Origin: Kiloniellales bacterium
GTDB taxonomy: Bacteria; Pseudomonadota; Alphaproteobacteria; Kiloniellales; JAKSDN01
Length of the DNA: 64,000 bases
Direction of reading: 5' to 3'
Assembly (NCBI GenBank): GCA_030064845.1
Contig: JASJEC010000024.1
Coordinates: 1,102-65,101, forward strand
Both the position numbers and the translations under genes were made by a program. Positions within the stretch are counted from its first letter, which is position 1. Each line of letters opens with the position of its first letter. Under the pieces are notes generated by a model that ran no database searches, was not told the origin of the DNA, and saw nothing but the letters and a program-made list of their open reading frames with translations. This document shows, in pieces, positions 8,290-16,523 of this stretch.

Positions 8290-10371
8290 TTGCGCCCGGA
8301 AATCCTCTTCGGCCTCTTCGCGCCCCTCACCTCCTTGCCGGGCGTCGGAGCACGCCTGGCGAAGCTGTTCGAGGGGCTGGCCGGACCGCACGTTCTCGAT
8401 CTCTGCTGGCATTGGCCGACCGGCCTGATCGACCGGCGCTATGCGCCCAGCCTGGCGGAAGCCCTGCCGGGCCGGGTCGCCACGCTCAGCCTGCGCGTCG
8501 AACGACACGAGGCGCCCCGCGTGCCCCGCCGGCCCTACCGCGTGACCTGCAGCGACGGGACAGGGCGGCTGGAGCTGGTCTTCTTCCACACCCGCGGCGA
8601 CTATCTCAGCAAGGTCCTGCCGGTCGGTGAGGAGGTCGTCGTCAGCGGCCGACTCGAGCTCTTCAACGAAGGCCTGCAGATGACCCACCCGGATCACATC
8701 GGCCGGCCCGCTGACCGCGCCACCCTGATGACCGTGGAGCCGGTCTATCCCCTGACCGCCGGGCTGTCGCTCAAGGTCGTCGGCAAGGCGGTCCAGGCGG
8801 CCCTGGAGCGCGTGCCGGACCTGCCGGAATGGCTCGATCCCGCCCTGGTCCAGCGCGAAAGCTGGCGCCCCTGGGCAGAGAGCCTGCGCCGGGTCCACCA
8901 GCCCGCCGGGGCCGCCGACCTCGAGCCCGGGGTGCCCGCCCGCCGGCGGCTCGCCTACGACGAGTTGCTGGCCAACCAGCTCGCCCTGGGCCTGGTCCGG
9001 GAGCGCCAGAGGCGCCGCAAGGGCCGCTCTATCGTGGGCGACGGCAGGTTCCGGCGGCCGGTGATCGAGGCCCTGCCCTACAGCCTCACAGGGTCCCAGG
9101 AAACCGCCCTGGAGGAGATTCTGGCCGAGATGGCTGCCGAGGAGCGCATGCTCCGGCTGCTTCAGGGCGACGTCGGCAGCGGCAAGACCGTGGTCGCCCT
9201 GCTCGCCATGCTGGCCGCGGTCGAGGCGGGCTGTCAGGCCGTCCTGATGGCGCCGACGGAGATCCTGGCCAGCCAGCACCACGATACCCTGAGCGCCCTG
9301 GCGGCGCCCGCTGGCCTCCGCGTGGAACTGCTCACCGGGCGCCGCAAGGGCAAGGCCAGGCGCGAGGCGCTGGAGCGCCTGGCCAGCGGCGAGGCTCGTC
9401 TCGCGGTCGGCACTCACGCCCTTTTCCAGGAGGACGTTGCGTTCCACGATCTCGGCCTGGCGGTGATCGACGAGCAGCACCGCTTCGGGGTCCACCAGCG
9501 CCTGACCCTCGGGGCCAAGGGGCGCGCCGTCGACATCCTGGTCATGACCGCGACGCCGATCCCGCGCAGCCTCATGCTGACCGCCTACGGCGACCTCCTG
9601 GCCTCCAAGCTGACCGAGCGCCCCGCCGGGCGCCAGCCGGTCGATACCCGGGTCCTGCCCCTGGAGCGCCTCGACGACGTGGTCGAGGCGGTCGGCCGGG
9701 CGCTCGACCGCGGCGCCAAGGGCTACTGGGTCTGTCCGTTGGTAGAGGAATCCGAGACGATCGACGTGGCCGCCGCCGAGGACCGCCACGCCGTCCTGGC
9801 CGAGCGTTTCGGCCGCCGCGTCGGACTGGTCCACGGCCGCATGTCGGGCGAGGACAAGGACGCGGCGATGGCGGCCTTCGCCGAGGGGCCGGTCGATCTG
9901 CTGGTGGCCACGACGGTCATCGAGGTCGGGGTCGACGTCCCGGCCGCAACGGTGCTGGTGATCGAGCATGCCGAGCGCTTCGGCCTGGCGCAGCTCCATC
10001 AGCTGCGCGGCCGGATTGGGCGCGGCGCCGGCAAGTCGACCTGCCTGCTCTGCTATCAGGCGCCGCTCGGCGAGACCGCCCGCGCCCGCCTCGAGATCAT
10101 GCGCCAGACCGACGACGGCTTTCGCATCGCCGAAGAGGATCTCAGGCTGCGCGGCGCCGGAGAGGTGCTCGGGACCCGCCAGAGCGGCATGCCCACCTTC
10201 CGCGTGGCCGACCTGGCGGTCCACGGCGACCTCCTGGCCATGGCCCGCGACGACGCCCGCCTGATCCTGGAAAAGGACCCGGGGCTCACCGGTCCGCGCG
10301 GCGAAGCGCTAAGGGTCCTGCTCTACCTCTTCGAGCGGGACCAGGCGATCAAGTATCTGAGGTCGGGATAA
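8290..10371 (+). CDS. recG: ATP-dependent DNA helicase RecG
   Basis: 693 aa with a TTG start. Motifs GDVGSGKTVVALLAM, DEQHRFG, TATPIPRS and QLHQLRGRIGRG. Confidence 0.95.
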   Translation: MRPEILFGLFAPLTSLPGVGARLAKLFEGLAGPHVLDLCWHWPTGLIDRRYAPSLAEALPGRVATLSLRVERHEAPRVPRRPYRVTCSDGTGRLELVFFHTRGDYLSKVLPVGEEVVVSGRLELFNEGLQMTHPDHIGRPADRATLMTVEPVYPLTAGLSLKVVGKAVQAALERVPDLPEWLDPALVQRESWRPWAESLRRVHQPAGAADLEPGVPARRRLAYDELLANQLALGLVRERQRRRKGRSIVGDGRFRRPVIEALPYSLTGSQETALEEILAEMAAEERMLRLLQGDVGSGKTVVALLAMLAAVEAGCQAVLMAPTEILASQHHDTLSALAAPAGLRVELLTGRRKGKARREALERLASGEARLAVGTHALFQEDVAFHDLGLAVIDEQHRFGVHQRLTLGAKGRAVDILVMTATPIPRSLMLTAYGDLLASKLTERPAGRQPVDTRVLPLERLDDVVEAVGRALDRGAKGYWVCPLVEESETIDVAAAEDRHAVLAERFGRRVGLVHGRMSGEDKDAAMAAFAEGPVDLLVATTVIEVGVDVPAATVLVIEHAERFGLAQLHQLRGRIGRGAGKSTCLLCYQAPLGETARARLEIMRQTDDGFRIAEEDLRLRGAGEVLGTRQSGMPTFRVADLAVHGDLLAMARDDARLILEKDPGLTGPRGEALRVLLYLFERDQAIKYLRSG

Positions 10372-10380
10372 GCGGCGCGC

Positions 10381-11853
10381 CTATTCCGCAGGCTCGGCCG
10401 GCTCCAGGGTATCCTGCCGGGATCCGGTCTCGGGCTGCGGCTCGTCCGCCTGCTTCTCCTTGCGCCGGTCTGGCGGGGTGACGATGCCGCCGGAGACTAC
10501 CATCTTGAGGCCCTCCTCCACGGTCATGGAGAGCTCCTGCGCCTCCTCCCGGGGCACGAAGAGGAGAAAGCCGGAGGTCGGGTTCGGCGTGGTCGGCAAG
10601 AAAACATTCAGAACATCGGGAGCCGTCGTCTTGTCCAGGATGCGTTCATCGGCCTGGCCGGTTAGGAAACCGATCGCCCAGACATCGGGGCGCGGATACT
10701 GGAACAGCACCACCTTGCGGAAGGCCGTGGACTGCTGCGACAGGATGGTGTGCAGGATCTGCTTGACCCCGCTGTAGAGGCTGCGGATCACGGGCACCTG
10801 GGCCAGGACGCGCTCGCCGCTGCGCATCAGCATGCGCCCGGTCAAGCCGGCCGTGAACATGCCTACCAAGGTCAGTCCGATCAGGGCGAAGATCAGCCCC
10901 AGGCCGGGGATGTCGAAGGGCAGATAGGTTTCCGGATGCCACCAGAGGGGGATGTAGGGGTCGACCTGGGCATCGACGAAGGACACGAACTTCCAGGTCA
11001 GCCAGAAGGTGATCGCGATCGGGGCGGAGATCAGGATGCCGGCGAGAAAGTAGTTGCGCAGGCGCGCGGCGAAGCTGAAGCGGCGCTTCGGTCGGCTCTT
11101 GGACTCCTCGGGCTCCAGGTCCGACGCCCGAATGGTGACCGTCTTCGGTGCCTCTCCCGGCGCAGGGGGCGTGATGATCCCGCCGGATATCACCAGCTTG
11201 ACGCCCTCCTCGACGGTCATGTCGAGCACGTGGACATCGCGTTTCGGGACGAACAGCAGGAACCCGGTGGTCGGGTTGGGCGTCGCCGGGATGAAGACGT
11301 TGATCGTGGTGTCGTCGGTCAGGGCCTGCACTTCCCCGACCGTCTCGCCGGTCACGAAGCCGACGGCCCAGACGCCGCGCGAGGGATACTCAATCAGCGC
11401 CACCTGGCGGAAGGCGTTGGACTTCTGCGCGAGGACCGTCTCCAGGATCTGCTTGGTGGCGCTGTAGACAGAGCGCACCACCGGCACGCGGGCCAGGAGG
11501 CGTTCGCTGTGGCCGGTGATGATCCGGCCGAGAAAGCCGGCGGTCGCCACTCCGATCAGAATGAGGATGATCACCGCCACGATCAGGCCGATGCCGGGCA
11601 GACTGAAGGGCAGATAGGTTTCCGGGTTCCAGGCCACCGGCACGAGGGGCATCACCGAATCGTCGACAAACTCGATCAGGTTCCAGGCGATCCAGAAGGT
11701 GATGCCGACCGGCGACGTCACCAGGATACCCGCGAGGAAGTAGTTTCGAAGGCGCGCCGCCAAGCTCGGCCGCAGGTTCTTCGGCGTCCGTGGACGCCTT
11801 ACCTTGGGCCCCCCGGCCTTGAACCCGAACTGCCGTTCCCGCTTTTGCTTCAT
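10381..11853 (-). CDS. membrane protein made of two tandem DUF502 domains
   Basis: 490 aa. The two halves align residue for residue (LAARLRNYFLAGILVTSP...GFLLFVPKRDV...ISGGIITPP versus FAARLRNYFLAGILISAP...GFLLFVPREEA...VSGGIVTPP). Each half has the DUF502-type TM pair plus the PTTPNPTxGFLLFVP motif. Confidence 0.85.
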   Translation of the reverse strand: MKQKRERQFGFKAGGPKVRRPRTPKNLRPSLAARLRNYFLAGILVTSPVGITFWIAWNLIEFVDDSVMPLVPVAWNPETYLPFSLPGIGLIVAVIILILIGVATAGFLGRIITGHSERLLARVPVVRSVYSATKQILETVLAQKSNAFRQVALIEYPSRGVWAVGFVTGETVGEVQALTDDTTINVFIPATPNPTTGFLLFVPKRDVHVLDMTVEEGVKLVISGGIITPPAPGEAPKTVTIRASDLEPEESKSRPKRRFSFAARLRNYFLAGILISAPIAITFWLTWKFVSFVDAQVDPYIPLWWHPETYLPFDIPGLGLIFALIGLTLVGMFTAGLTGRMLMRSGERVLAQVPVIRSLYSGVKQILHTILSQQSTAFRKVVLFQYPRPDVWAIGFLTGQADERILDKTTAPDVLNVFLPTTPNPTSGFLLFVPREEAQELSMTVEEGLKMVVSGGIVTPPDRRKEKQADEPQPETGSRQDTLEPAEPAE

Positions 11854-11966
11854 GTGTCCTCAACGCTCGTGGCGACCGGGCATGTCGCCCCTCCACCATA
11901 AACATAGGTGCTGAAGCAGGTTACGGCAAAACCGTGCAAATTGTTTAACCGGTTCGGCGGAACCTT

Positions 11967-12833
11967 CTAGAAGAAGGCCAAGAGCTCCGCCAGGGTCTCC
12001 TCGGGCACCTCCTCCGCCAGAAAGTGACCGCAGGGCAGTGTTCGTCCCTGGACCGATTCCGCCCGCTCCCGCCAGGCCGCGAGGACGTCGAAGCAGCGCT
12101 CGACGACGCCCTTCTGGCCCCAGAGCACGAGCAGCGGGCAGGTGAGACGCTTGGCGAGGTCGGCAGCGTCGTGCTCCAGGTCGATACTGGCCGCCGCCCG
12201 GTAGTCCTCACAGGTAGCGTGGATCGTCTGCGGGTTGGCGAAACAGCGCTTGTATTCGGCCACGACCTCTACCGGGAAGGCGCCGGGTTCCCGGCTCCAG
12301 TGCCCGATCTTGTGATCGAGGAAGTACCCGGGATCGGCGCCGATCAGCCGCTCCGGCAGGTCGTAGGGCTGGATCAGGAAGAACCAGTGATAGTAGGCGG
12401 TCGCGAAGTCCTTGTCGGTCTGCTCGTACATGGTTTTGGTCGGCGCGATGTCGAGCAGGGCCACCTTCTCGATCCGCTCCCCGTGATCCAGCGCCATGCG
12501 ATGGGCCACCCGGCCCCCCCGGTCGTGGCCGGCGACGCCGAAGCGCTCGAACCCGAGGGCCGCCATGACCTCGACCTGGTCGCGGGCCATCGCCCGCTTG
12601 CTGTATCCGGCGTGGCCTTCGCCCGCCGGCGGTTTTCCGGAGTCGCCGTAACCGCGCAGGTCGGCGGCGACCACGGTGAAGCGTTCGGCAAGGCCGGGAG
12701 CGACCTTGTGCCACATTACGTGGGTCTGCGGGTAGCCGTGCAGCAGCAGCAGAGGCGGCCCCGAGCCGCCGATCCTGAGATTGATCTCGGTCTCGCTGCT
12801 TGAAACTCTTCTTTGCTCAAAGCCTTCGAACAC
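11967..12833 (-). CDS. alpha/beta hydrolase, haloacetate (fluoroacetate) dehalogenase-like
   Basis: ORF trimmed to GTG 12833, preceded by GGGGGAGAG. Product MFEGFEQRRV...LLLLHGYPQTHVMWHKVAP, GHDRGGRVAHR, YYHWFFL, CEDYRAA, CGHFLAEE. 288 aa. Confidence 0.8.
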   Translation of the reverse strand: MFEGFEQRRVSSSETEINLRIGGSGPPLLLLHGYPQTHVMWHKVAPGLAERFTVVAADLRGYGDSGKPPAGEGHAGYSKRAMARDQVEVMAALGFERFGVAGHDRGGRVAHRMALDHGERIEKVALLDIAPTKTMYEQTDKDFATAYYHWFFLIQPYDLPERLIGADPGYFLDHKIGHWSREPGAFPVEVVAEYKRCFANPQTIHATCEDYRAAASIDLEHDAADLAKRLTCPLLVLWGQKGVVERCFDVLAAWRERAESVQGRTLPCGHFLAEEVPEETLAELLAFF

Positions 12834-12975
12834 AATGCTCTCCCCCCAACAAGCCTTGCCGGTCGGGCATCGTCGCTGTCGAAGTCGTCGAGACTCGCGG
12901 CGCTGGGACCTGCCCCCTCGTTGCGCGGAGCATAGGGCGCGGCGGGGCCGGTGCAAAGGTCACCGAATTTTAGTG

Positions 12976-13062
12976 TGGTGCGGCTGGAGGGACTCGAACC
13001 CCCACGGGCTTTCGCCCACTAGCACCTGAAGCTAGCGCGTCTACCAATTCCGCCACAGCCGC
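12976..13062 (-). tRNA. tRNA-Leu (anticodon CAG), 87 nt, CCA encoded
   Basis: Reverse complement is GCGGCTGTGGCGGAATTGGTAGACGCGCTAGCTTCAGGTGCTAGTGGGCGAAAGCCCGTGGGGGTTCGAGTCCCTCCAGCCGCACCA. Anticodon stem CTAGC/GCTAG with loop TTCAGGT; long variable arm; GGTTCGAGTCC T-loop. Confidence 0.93.
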
Positions 13063-13109
13063 GGGCGGCTCCTTGGGGTGTGCTTTCCAGCCCGGTGATC
13101 CGGCGCCGT

Positions 13110-13196
13110 TGGTGCGGCTGAGAGGACTTGAACCTCCACGGGGTTGCCCCCACAGCGCCCTCAACGCTGCGCGTCTACCAATTCCGCCACAGCCGC
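13110..13196 (-). tRNA. tRNA-Leu (anticodon GAG), 87 nt, CCA encoded
   Basis: Reverse complement is GCGGCTGTGGCGGAATTGGTAGACGCGCAGCGTTGAGGGCGCTGTGGGGGCAACCCCGTGGAGGTTCAAGTCCTCTCAGCCGCACCA. Anticodon stem CAGCG/CGCTG with loop TTGAGGG. Confidence 0.93.
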
Positions 13197-13241
13197 ATGA
13201 GGTGCCGACAGGCGGAAAGCACCCTGAGAAGAGCGGAGCGT

Positions 13242-13269
13242 GTTATAACGTCTGGCGGAAAAAGGGCAA
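13242..13269 (-). promoter_or_regulatory. candidate sigma70-type promoter for the tRNA-Leu pair
   Basis: On the minus strand: TTGCCC (13269-13264), 16-nt spacer, TATAAC (13247-13242), about 45 nt upstream of the tRNA 5' end. Pattern match only. Confidence 0.3.
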
Positions 13270-13363
13270 CGGAAATATTGGCAGCCTCGTGTTCCGTGCC
13301 CATGTGCTCCGGGACCGGGGCTATCGGCCTCCGGTCCCCTGCGAATTCGAGAGTTGAAGGGCG

Positions 13364-13585
13364 ATGCGCCTGCTGGTTCTGATCGGCATCCTGGGCGGCC
13401 TCCTGGCGGCGACGGCGGCGGTCGTCGCTTACGCCTGGACCAGCATGGCCGAAGTCGACATCAGTCCCCACGGGATCCTGGCCCTCGTTCTCGGGGTCGT
13501 CTTGAGCCTGCTCCTGGGCGCCGGCTTGATGTTCCTGATCTTCTACAGCAGCCGGCGGGGCTACGACGACGACGTCGGCTCCTGA
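13364..13585 (+). CDS. small two-TM membrane protein (73 aa), unknown function
   Basis: MRLLVLIGILGGLLAATAAVVAYAW...ILALVLGVVLSLLLGAGLMFLIFY followed by the charged tail SSRRGYDDDVGS. Consistent GC3 codon usage. Confidence 0.55.
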   Translation: MRLLVLIGILGGLLAATAAVVAYAWTSMAEVDISPHGILALVLGVVLSLLLGAGLMFLIFYSSRRGYDDDVGS

Positions 13586-13710
13586 GCGCCAGCCATGCAA
13601 ATTGCGGTGGTCTGACAAGGCGTTTCGGCAATGGTCCCGCGACCGCCGACGGATCAATTATCCGGAGCGGCCAGGAAGCGGCCCGGAACGCCAAGCTGGA
13701 GGTCAATGCC

Positions 13711-13788
13711 ATGAACATGTCGAACCTCATCGGACTTGCCCATATGGGCGCCCTCGCCCTGCTCGGCTTGGCGGTGGTGCTGTCCTAG
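13711..13788 (+). CDS. possible 25-aa hydrophobic micro-protein
   Basis: GGAGG lies 8 nt upstream of ATG 13711. Product MNMSNLIGLAHMGALALLGLAVVLS. Supported only by the SD spacing and hydrophobicity. Confidence 0.2.
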   Translation: MNMSNLIGLAHMGALALLGLAVVLS

Positions 13789-14081
13789 AAGGCGCGCGAA
13801 TGGATCGCTCTGGGCGATCCTGTTTCAATCAAACTCTGCTGTCGGGAGGTCAGGGGCTGAAAGTGGCCCTACCTGGGCGCTCGTGAGCCTGCCTGGCTGG
13901 CGAAAAAACTACGCCAAGCACGTTTATATGGGCTGAACGAACATGCTTAAGCGACCGTGGACAAGAGGTTGAGATTCTGATCACTCGCGGTCCTAACCGC
14001 CTGTTGAAGCGGTTTGCCATTGATTAACCAAGGCACCGCTAGGCTGCCCGGGTCTCGAAATCATCGCCCGTCTACTGCGCC

Positions 14082-14606
14082 ATGTGCCGCCGCCAAAGCC
14101 TGCTCGTCGTCCTCCTCGCCATCCTGGCGCAGCCGGTGCCAACAATGTCGGCGTCGGCCGATTTCCAGGATGGTTTGCAGTCCTACTACCGGATGAGCTT
14201 TTCCAGGGCGCTCTCCGTCTGGCGCCCGCTCGCCGAAGACGGCGATCCAAAAGCCCAGTACCAGCTAGGCGTCATGTACTACCGCGGCGAGGGCGTGCGC
14301 CAGAGCTATGACGAGGCCGCCGAGTGGTACCGGCGCGCCGCGGAAGGTGGCGACGCCGACGCTCAGTTCAACCTGGGACTGATGTATGCCAACGGTATCG
14401 GGCTCGACCGGGACTATGTCTCGGCCCATGTCTGGTTCACCCTGGCGGCATCGACCTACGCCCATCGCCAGCGCGAGACCTGGGCGATCGCGGATCCCCA
14501 CTGGGCCGCCCGAAATCGGGACTGGGCCGCCAGCAAGCTCTCGACCGAGCAGCTCGCGACCGCCCGCCGGCGCATCAGCGCCCTGCGGTCCCGGCTCCCG
14601 GGCTGA
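14082..14606 (+). CDS. secreted Sel1-repeat (TPR-like) protein
   Basis: Signal peptide MCRRQSLLVVLLAILAQPVPTMSASA. Sel1 repeats: AQYQLGVMYYRGEGVRQSYDEAAEWYRRAAEGGDADAQFNLGLMYANGIGLDRDY. Confidence 0.85.
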   Translation: MCRRQSLLVVLLAILAQPVPTMSASADFQDGLQSYYRMSFSRALSVWRPLAEDGDPKAQYQLGVMYYRGEGVRQSYDEAAEWYRRAAEGGDADAQFNLGLMYANGIGLDRDYVSAHVWFTLAASTYAHRQRETWAIADPHWAARNRDWAASKLSTEQLATARRRISALRSRLPG

Positions 14607-14611
14607 TCGAC

Positions 14612-15244
14612 CTACTTGGTGCCGTAGAGGCGGTCCCCGGCGTCTCCCAGGCCGGGGACGATATAGCCGTGATCGTTCAGGCGCTCGTCGATCGACCCCG
14701 TGAAGATCGGGATTTCCGGATGCTCTGCCGCTAAGGCGGCGATCCCCTCGGGGGCCGCCAGGAGACAGACGTACTTGATGTTGGTCGCGCCCGCGTCCTT
14801 GATCCGCGAAAGCGCCGCGGCGGCCGAGTTGCCGGTCGCCAGCATCGGATCGACGGCGATCACCAGACGCTCGCCCAGGCCTTCGGGAACCTTGAAGTAG
14901 TACTCGACGGCGGTCAGCGTCTCCGGGTCGCGGTAGAGCCCGACGTGGCCCACCCTGGCCGAAGGCACCAGGTCGAGTATGCCTTCCAGCAGGCCATTCC
15001 CGGCCCGCAGGATCGAGATCAGCACCATTTTCTTGCCCGCGAGCTTGGGCGCCCGCATGGGCCCCAGCGGCGTCTCGATGTTGGCGGTGGTCAGCGGCAG
15101 GTCCCGCGTGACTTCGTAGGCGAGCAGCAGGGAGACTTCCCGCATCAGCTGCCGGAACGTCGCCGTCGGGGTCTCCTTGCGCCGCATGAGCGCCAGCTTG
15201 TGTTGGACCAGGGGATGATCGACCACGGTAACCGCGTGTCCCAT
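14612..15244 (-). CDS. upp: uracil phosphoribosyltransferase
   Basis: 210 aa: [54 protein letters not shown] lies upstream of the ATG. Confidence 0.95.
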   Translation of the reverse strand: MGHAVTVVDHPLVQHKLALMRRKETPTATFRQLMREVSLLLAYEVTRDLPLTTANIETPLGPMRAPKLAGKKMVLISILRAGNGLLEGILDLVPSARVGHVGLYRDPETLTAVEYYFKVPEGLGERLVIAVDPMLATGNSAAAALSRIKDAGATNIKYVCLLAAPEGIAALAAEHPEIPIFTGSIDERLNDHGYIVPGLGDAGDRLYGTK

Positions 15245-15274
15245 GCTACCTCCTCCGAACCGCGCTCCCTGCGC

Positions 15275-16516
15275 TCAAAAAAGCGTGCCGTCGCTCTCTA
15301 CCGCGATCGGCGGCCGCCCGTCGGACCGCTTTTCCCGGGCGATCCTGCGTCCCGCGCTCCAGGTGCCCCCTTCGAGTACCCGCGCCAGCGGAAGCCCGGC
15401 GGCGCTCAGGTCCAGGTCCGCCCGAATCTGCTCGGCGACGCGGTCGAGAAGCACGACGGTAAGCGCCCGCCATTCGACGACAAGCTCGCTGTCCGCGGCG
15501 TGCCTGCGGCCGAGGACATCGTCATGCTTGGGCCTCAGGACTCCGAGGTCAAGGAATAAGCCGCCGTTGCGGTACTCGGCGAGGCCGGTCAGGTCGTCGA
15601 GTCCGGTGACCGTCACGCCGGCGGCCTCGAGAGGCTCGACCAGGGAATAGGCCAGCCATTGCGAGAGCTTGTGGAAGGGCACGAGGCGGTCGGTCAGGTC
15701 GTTGCTGGCGGCCGCCGGATGCGGCCAGACGTCGCCGAGGACCGCGCCGTCGATGGCAAGCCGGCCGGGCCAGATCGGCCCGAGGGCCTGGAGCAGGGTG
15801 TCGAGAATGCTTGCGGCCGGCAGGCCGTCCTCTCCCGAAGCCGCCTTCAAGAAGTCGAACAGCGCGCCGATGCGCGGCCGCTCGGCGCCGAAGAGATCCG
15901 GCCGGTTGCGGAGTGCGCCACCGAGTCGTCGCAGCAGCGCGGCTCGGCCCTCCAGGCCGACCAGGGGATTGCCGGCGTCGGCCTGAAAAGAGCGACCCAG
16001 CGCCTCGGTCGTGATCTCCTCCAGGGCGTCGGCGTCGGCCCGGTATCGTTGCGCCGGGTCGGTGGAGAACAGACCGTCCTGGAAAGCGTAAAGACTGGCC
16101 AGCGCGAGGCCCTCCGAGCGCGCGTGGAGCGCGCCCGACCCGGGCTCGCGGTAGCGCCACTGGGCGCCCGCGCCGGCGTCGAGCAGCACGCTGGTCACCG
16201 CCAGGTCGATACGGATCCGGGCCAGCTCGTCGAGTGACGTCTCGGCCAGACGATCCCGAAGTTCCAACCAGCGGTCCCGGCCGTCGACGGCGAAGTGACG
16301 CCAACGGCTGTGGTAGGGAACGTCGAGCGCCGGATAACGCTCCCTCATGGTCTCGAGCACGTAGCGCGCCGCCTCACCGAGGCGTCCGGAATCGAGCGCG
16401 AAGTGGCGCAGCGCACCGGCCTCGGCGGCGTCGTACACCATTCGGCAGCGCGCGCGGATCGCCGCAGGTGTGCGCAGCCAGGCGGCGGCTGCGCGCGGAT
16501 CGGTCAAGGTCTCCAA
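15275..16516 (-). CDS. DUF1688 protein (URC4 homologue)
   Basis: ORF 15275-16636. The part upstream of 16524 overlaps the preceding gene, so I place the start at TTG 16516 (alternative TTG 16507), giving about 413 aa. Recognised from YPALDVPYHSRWRHF and the C-terminal VVEWRALTVVLLDRV pattern of the DUF1688/URC4 family. Confidence 0.75.
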   Translation of the reverse strand: METLTDPRAAAAWLRTPAAIRARCRMVYDAAEAGALRHFALDSGRLGEAARYVLETMRERYPALDVPYHSRWRHFAVDGRDRWLELRDRLAETSLDELARIRIDLAVTSVLLDAGAGAQWRYREPGSGALHARSEGLALASLYAFQDGLFSTDPAQRYRADADALEEITTEALGRSFQADAGNPLVGLEGRAALLRRLGGALRNRPDLFGAERPRIGALFDFLKAASGEDGLPAASILDTLLQALGPIWPGRLAIDGAVLGDVWPHPAAASNDLTDRLVPFHKLSQWLAYSLVEPLEAAGVTVTGLDDLTGLAEYRNGGLFLDLGVLRPKHDDVLGRRHAADSELVVEWRALTVVLLDRVAEQIRADLDLSAAGLPLARVLEGGTWSAGRRIAREKRSDGRPPIAVESDGTLF

Positions 16517-16523
16517 GGTGTTC

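Noticed and set aside
12834-14081. Genomic island integrated at the tRNA-Leu genes.
   Set aside because: No integrase or phage genes, and no direct repeat of the tRNA 3' end that I could find on either side. The flanking genes are ordinary.
13789-14081. Possible housekeeping ncRNA (4.5S, 6S, RNase P, tmRNA) in the ORF-free stretch.
   Set aside because: None of the conserved signature sequences I know (for example the SRP GGAA/AGCA domain IV motif or the tmRNA tag ORF) is present. Left as an unexplained spacer.
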